From assembly GCA_031835245.2 (NCBI GenBank), contig JAVKOQ020000005.1, positions 372,001 through 436,000 on the forward strand: a stretch of DNA of 64,000 nucleotides, given 5' to 3'. A program made the translations under genes and the position numbers. The notes beneath the pieces are model-generated. The model worked only from the letters and a program-made list of their open reading frames with translations, did not search any database and was not told the origin of the DNA. Below are positions 58,831 to 64,000 of this stretch, one piece after another. The DNA is from Balamuthia mandrillaris. Taxonomy: Eukaryota. Each line of letters begins with the position of its first letter. Position 1 is the stretch's first letter.

Positions 58831-61136
58831 TCACTCTGCTTTCACATGTTGCCGCAATGCTTCCTCTTGCTTAGACGCTCCTTCTTCTTGTCTTCCACGT
58901 CGTCGGTGTTGCCATTGCCGCACGGCCAACTTGTAGACAAAGTGAAGCAGCTCCCACAGCAGCGCCACAGCGATGGGCCAAAAGACTGGCGCAAAGTGGG
59001 GCAAGTAAATGGCCAGCTCGTGCTCGTCCGGGAAGTACAACAAAGACACCATTTGATCATCAAAGAAGGCACTCTCGCTTGCCTCCAGCGCCTCTTTCGC
59101 TGCCCTGTACTCTTCCACCAAGCCTTCTTTCTGTTGTTGAGAAGAAGAAGAGGAAGCGGAACAGCGAGATAGAAGTTGTGAAGAAGATGAAGAAAGGAGA
59201 GGGATGGAGCGGATGGAGCGGCAGAGAGCGTCGATAGTGTGAAGAGCTTTCTCTCCGATCTCGTCGTGCACCACCATGTGCGTCTGCTTGCGGACAAGCT
59301 TGTTGAGAGAGGAGAGGGTTTGAGTGGCTCCCTGCAAGTTGCGAACGGTTTGTTTGCGGAGCAGAGCATCTCTTTCCCATCCGCTCATCCCTGCGTGGAT
59401 GGATGGTAAGAGAGTGACGGAAGAAGAGGAAGGAGAAGCAGAAGAATTGGAAGCGGGGAGGAAGAAGAGAGGAACGGCTAAGAGTTGACGAAGTTGAGAG
59501 AGAAATAAGGAGATGATTGGTTGCAGGTCTTCCGTGGAGAGGTGATAATGCTTTGGAGGAGATGGTGAAGACGTGTTGTTGAGCGTTTCGTTGGGATTGT
59601 TGTAGATGACGATACCACCCTGACGAGGCACGAGAAAGGCATCCACTGGCGAATCTTCTTCATCTATATTAATGAAAGAAAGACAGGCTCAATAAGTTAT
59701 TTTGAAACAAGAAGGATAGCAGAGCAGACGAAAAAAACCATTTTCATTGTAACGAATATGCAAAGGAGAATGCCGTAGGGAAGGGACGTAAAGCATAAAG
59801 TTGATGGCCGTTTGAGAGGTGATCGTAAAGTCCGAGTTGAGGTCATTCGGCTGCAAGAAATGAGAGAGACCGGCAGAAGTAAAATAGTGCGTTCCTTTGC
59901 CCTCGTCAAAGCGAGGCTCCTGCTGGAGAGGAATGTAGTTCAGGATTTGAGAGTCGAGAGTGAACTTGGCGAGCGAAGAGAGATGATGAAGAACTGGTTC
60001 CAGAAATACTATTGAAATAGAGAGATGTGTGAGGAGACTAAAAAAGAAAAGAAAGGAGATAGGATGAGGAGAGGAGGATACAAGTAAAAATACAATGACG
60101 AATGAAAAAGAGAAAGATAAACGAAGAGCACAGGACATACAACGATAGAAGGAGAAGAGGAAGAACAAGCACGAAGAATAAGCAAACCAGAAGAGGCTTC
60201 AGCAAAGGACCAAGAGTAAACATGGTCACCAGGGTCAGCATTCAACAACGTAAAAGACAGTCGATACTCAGCAGCAGGCCCCACCGCTCTCAACTCCTCT
60301 TCACTAAGAAGCGCACGATGACGTTCCGTTTGCAGAGTCATCAGCAGATAAGACTGCAAAAGACCAACTGCCAGATCACGAACATCCTCTTTTTGTCGTT
60401 GAAACGCTTCTCCGTCTTTTGCATCCTTTCCTTCTGCTGTTTGTGAAGAAGAAAGAAGAGACCAAGCGTGTCTATGTTTGCCGATGAAGGAGGTTGTGTT
60501 GTTGTCGGCCAATCCCCAAATGAGAAAAACGGTGTAACGCGAGATGGTGTCCACTCCTTCTTTGGCACTCTCCTTTTGCCATTGCAACAAGCGATCGTCA
60601 AGTTCTGTGCAGTGGCAATGAATGAAAATGAGAATGAGAATGAAAGTGAGAAGAAAGAGCGAGAGGAGAAGAGAGAGAGGCAGAGAAGCAGGGAAAAGGG
60701 AGAGAAGAGAACGATGAAGAGAAGCAAAGAAGCAGAGAAAAGAGAACGACGCGAGATGCAGAGAACGTGAGGACGAGAGGAGAGAATAAAGGCAGAGGAG
60801 AAGAGAGTGAAAAGAACAGAAAAGAGTGAGCAAACAGAGAAGAAAAAATAAGGAGAAAGCAACAAACTCTGCCAAGAGGAGCCAGAGGCCAGTTGCTGCA
60901 GTTCCCTCCACTCCACGTCCTCCCTGAGCTTCACCTCTCTGCCGCTCTCTACTCGGACGTTCTCAGGAAGTTTCACCGCCAACTCCATCTCTCGTTTGAT
61001 GGCAGCAACCAAGGCATTGGAGGAAGCAGCTGCAGCAGAGGAAGGAAGAAGCGTTACAATCTCCAACGAAAGGTTCCACCAGTCCTTTTGAGTTTTGTGT
61101 GGTGTGTTTGTGTGAAAAAAATGAGTGAAAAAAGAA

Positions 61137-61177
<41 letters not shown>

Positions 61178-61360
61178 GAACAAAAGGAAAGAAATGGGTA
61201 CAGAAGATTTGAAGTGAGGCGAGAGAAACTGGTCCCAGCGTTCGATCTCTTCAAAAGGAAGGGGGGCACGGTAGGTCTCCGTGGTCTTCCACCACACCCC
61301 AGTGGCGAACATGAAGATCAGAAAGAAGGTCCCGTACAGACGAACGCGATGCTCTCCCAT
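58831..61360 (-). CDS. PIGS: GPI transamidase component PIG-S
   Basis: WWKTTETYRAPLP, YRLSFTLLN, INFMLYVP, FLVPRQGG and AFFDDQMVSLLYFPDEH..AIYLP motifs. Confidence 0.93.
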
Positions 61361-61645
61361 TTTTTTTTGTTTCTTTCTTCTGTTATTTTCTTTTTTGTCG
61401 CTTCCTTTCTTTTGCTGTCGACAAATGTCTACAAAAACCGAGATATCTCCAAAAATATTGTCATCGGCCGGATTCGAAGCGTGTACCAGTGACATCAACA
61501 ATTCCAAATTAACGTATCGGTGACATTGTCACATAAAGTTACGTCATTCTTCAACAAAAATGGAATTAATGACGTGTATGCTATCAGGACGACATGAAGT
61601 TATCACAATCAAAAAAAAAAAAAGAAGAGAAAACAAAGGAGGGAA

Positions 61646-62536
61646 ATGCGGAGCCAAAGTGCCTACCAAGTGTCCGGCCGAGCGGTCATGATGATGCCCA
61701 AGTTGGCAAGGCCTCTTCCCTCCTCGTTCTCTCTTCGCAAGGCTGCGGAAATGTCAGGCCCCTCCCGTTTTTCTGTCGTTCCGACGCTTCGCTCTCCTTT
61801 GGCCGCCGCATCGGCCCACGATTTCCCCTTGCCTCTTCGCGGCCCTCATTCCCTCTTCTCCTCATCTCCCCTTCCCGCAAGTTCATCGCTGCGCCTGTTA
61901 TTGAACAGCGAACTTCCGTCCTCCTCTCCCCTTGTTTACACCCCGCCTCCTTCCTCCGCTCCGCTGCTTCCGCAAATCTCTCCCAATCAAGGTTTTTTTT
62001 TCCGCCGCTCTTCTCCTTCTCTTGCACACGCACACTCGCTCGCTTCTCTCCCTCCCCCCCCCCCCCGCTTTGTTTGCTTGTTTACTGTTTCCTCTCGCTC
62101 TCCTCTCCTCTTGGACTCTTTCTGTCTTCCTCCCTCTCCTTCCTTCTCCTCCTTCTCCTTCTCCTTCCTCCTTCTCCTTCTCCTTCTCCTTCTCCTCCTC
62201 CTTCTCCTTCTCCTTCTCCTTCTCCTCTTCCTTCTCCTCTCCTTCTCCTTCTCCTTCTCCTTCTCCTTCTCCTTCTCCTTCTCCTTCTCCTTCTCCTTCT
62301 CCTTCTCCTTCTCCTCTCTAAACAAACAAAAACAAATAACCAAACGAACGAACAAAGCAGAAGAGGAGAATGACGAAAACAACAACACCATCCAATGCAT
62401 AAAGAGGACGTACCAGCCGAGCAAGTGCCGCCGAAGGAGGACCCACGGCTTCCTGGTCCGCATCCGTAGGCAAGGCGGTCGTAACCTCTTTGAACGCAGG
62501 CTGACCAAAGGACGTAAACGGCTCTCCGTTGCATGA
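61646..62536 (+). CDS. MRPL34: Mitochondrial ribosomal protein bL34m
   Basis: Presequence-like N-terminus. C-terminal [20 protein letters not shown]...GRKRLS. One repeat-rich intron is likely. Confidence 0.9.
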   Translation: MRSQSAYQVSGRAVMMMPKLARPLPSSFSLRKAAEMSGPSRFSVVPTLRSPLAAASAHDFPLPLRGPHSLFSSSPLPASSSLRLLLNSELPSSSPLVYTPPPSSAPLLPQISPNQGFFFRRSSPSLAHAHSLASLPPPPPRFVCLFTVSSRSPLLLDSFCLPPSPSFSSFSFSFLLLLLLLLLLLLLLLLLLLLFLLLSFSFSFSFSFSFSFSFSFSFSFSFSSLNKQKQITKRTNKAEEENDENNNTIQCIKRTYQPSKCRRRRTHGFLVRIRRQGGRNLFERRLTKGRKRLSVA

Positions 62537-63058
62537 TGAAACCTACCAATCTTCCAACCATACCAACGAACATTCTTTTTGTTTTGGTTCCTTCTTGTTT
62601 TGTTCTTCTCGCCACTCTTTTTTGTTCTTATCAGAGCAGAGAGAGCAGAGAGAGCAGAGAGAGCAGAGAGAGCAGAGAGAGAGAGAGAGCAGAGAGCAGA
62701 GAGCAGAGAGAGAGGAGAGCAGAGAGCAGAGAGGGGAGAGGAGAGAGAAGAGAGGAGAGAGGAAGGAAAGTAGAGCACTTAGCGGTGGCCCCGTGGGAGT
62801 CAGAGGGCGTTAGGCCACTCGAGTTGGAAGAGACTGAGCCACGCTCGCTTAGGCGTCTCGGAGAGAGAGAGAGAGAGAGAAGGAGTGAAGAGAGAGACAG
62901 AGAGTGATCCAATTGCTTATTCGTTCAAGTGAACCCTCATGTTTACTTCAAAAGGTCAATATTTACCATGTCGACATTAAATTGACGTCATTAAGAACGG
63001 ATTCCATCCCAACAAAAAAAAAAAGAAAGAAAGCAGAGGAGAAAAAAAACGAAGAGCG

Positions 63059-64000
63059 ATGAGCTACCTGTTTTATCAGGAGACGGTGCCTCCAACCGGC
63101 GTGGAGCACTGTCTGGTCGCTCACTTCACCGGCGTGGACGACCTCAACCTGCTCGTTGCCAAGACTCACGTTCTCGAAGTCTATCGTTTGGTGCCTACTA
63201 CGTCCTCCTCAATCACCGAAGAAAACAGTCCGTCGAGTCCTTCGGAGAAAGGGGAAGAGAGCGAAGGCCATGTCCTAGAGTTGGTTGCCGCCTACCATTT
63301 GTTTGGCAACATCGAGTCTCTCGCCGCCGTTCGGTTCGCTCGCTCCAAGAAAGACGCTATTCTCGTCACCTTTCGAGATGCCAAAGTAAGTGTTCTTTCT
63401 GCTTCTCTCTTCTCTCTTCTCTCTTCTCTCTTCTCTCTTCTCTCTTCTCTCTTCTCTCTTCTCTCTTCTCTCTCTTCTCTCTTCTCTCTCTTCTCTCTTC
63501 TCTCTCTTCTCTGCTTCTCTCTCTTCTCTGCTTCTCTGCTTCTCTGCTTCTCTCTCTTCTCTCTTCTCTCTTCTCTTCTCTTCTTGAATAACACATTTAC
63601 AAACAAACAAAAAAAAAAGATCTCAGTGGTAGAGTTTGCGAGTGCGGAACAGGACTTGCGTGTGGTGTCGCTTCACAGTTACGAACGAAACCGAATCAAG
63701 GTACCTTACTCTTCTTAGCGTTCATTCTTATGCTTCTTGCTGTTGTTCTTCTTGTTCGTGTTCTTGTTCTCCTCCTTTTTCTTCTTCTTCTTCTACATAT
63801 TCTTGTTCTTCTTTTTCTTCTTCTTCTTCTTCTTCTGCTTCTTCTTCTGCTTCTTCTTCTTCTTCTTCTTCTTCTTGTTCTTCTTCTTCTTCTTCTTCTT
63901 CTTCTTCTTCTTCTTCTTCTTCTTCATGATTCTACCTTCTTTCTTTTGCTTACTCATTCGTATCTGCCGTTTCTCTCTTTATTTCGTTCTTTATCTTCAT
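63059..64000 (+). CDS. CPSF1: Cleavage and polyadenylation specificity factor subunit 1 (5' part)
   Basis: PPTGVEHC, NLLVAK..LEVY, LFGNIESL, DAILVTFRDAK|ISVVEF and VSLHSYE motifs. Confidence 0.9.

Overview
Gene-dense, intron-rich eukaryotic genomic DNA. It is most likely an Acanthamoeba-related amoebozoan such as Balamuthia; this is inferred from the 5S rRNA sequence and gene content, not verified. Introns carry CT/TTC microsatellites, which generate most of the low-complexity ORFs in the track. About 20 protein genes can be reconstructed: a SET-like protein, acyl-CoA synthetase, alpha-fucosidase, a duplicated beta-propeller surface protein, NAA15, POP1, MINDY, ALG14, a Zn-ADH, a RING E3, a phosphatase/ADP-ribosylhydrolase fusion, an F-box membrane protein, RasGAP, RhoGEF, a LamG protein, PIG-S, bL34m and CPSF1. 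RNA genes are four dispersed 5S rRNAs and a tRNA-Val. The most notable signals are non-coding: (1) an unassigned 110-nt multi-helix RNA candidate followed by a T6 run; (2) two paralogous intronic box C/D snoRNA candidates and a U12-type intron in NAA15; (3) dispersed 5S genes, each with a shared upstream module echoing the 5S 5' end and each head-to-head with a Pol II gene; (4) a nearly CpG-free zone beside a gag-like relic, with directional CpG loss in the adjacent duplicated genes; (5) a palindrome TGTCGACA recurring upstream of about half of the genes, with near-matches at a few more. All alignments and folds were done by eye and gene spans are approximate. Some small frameshifts may be assembly errors.
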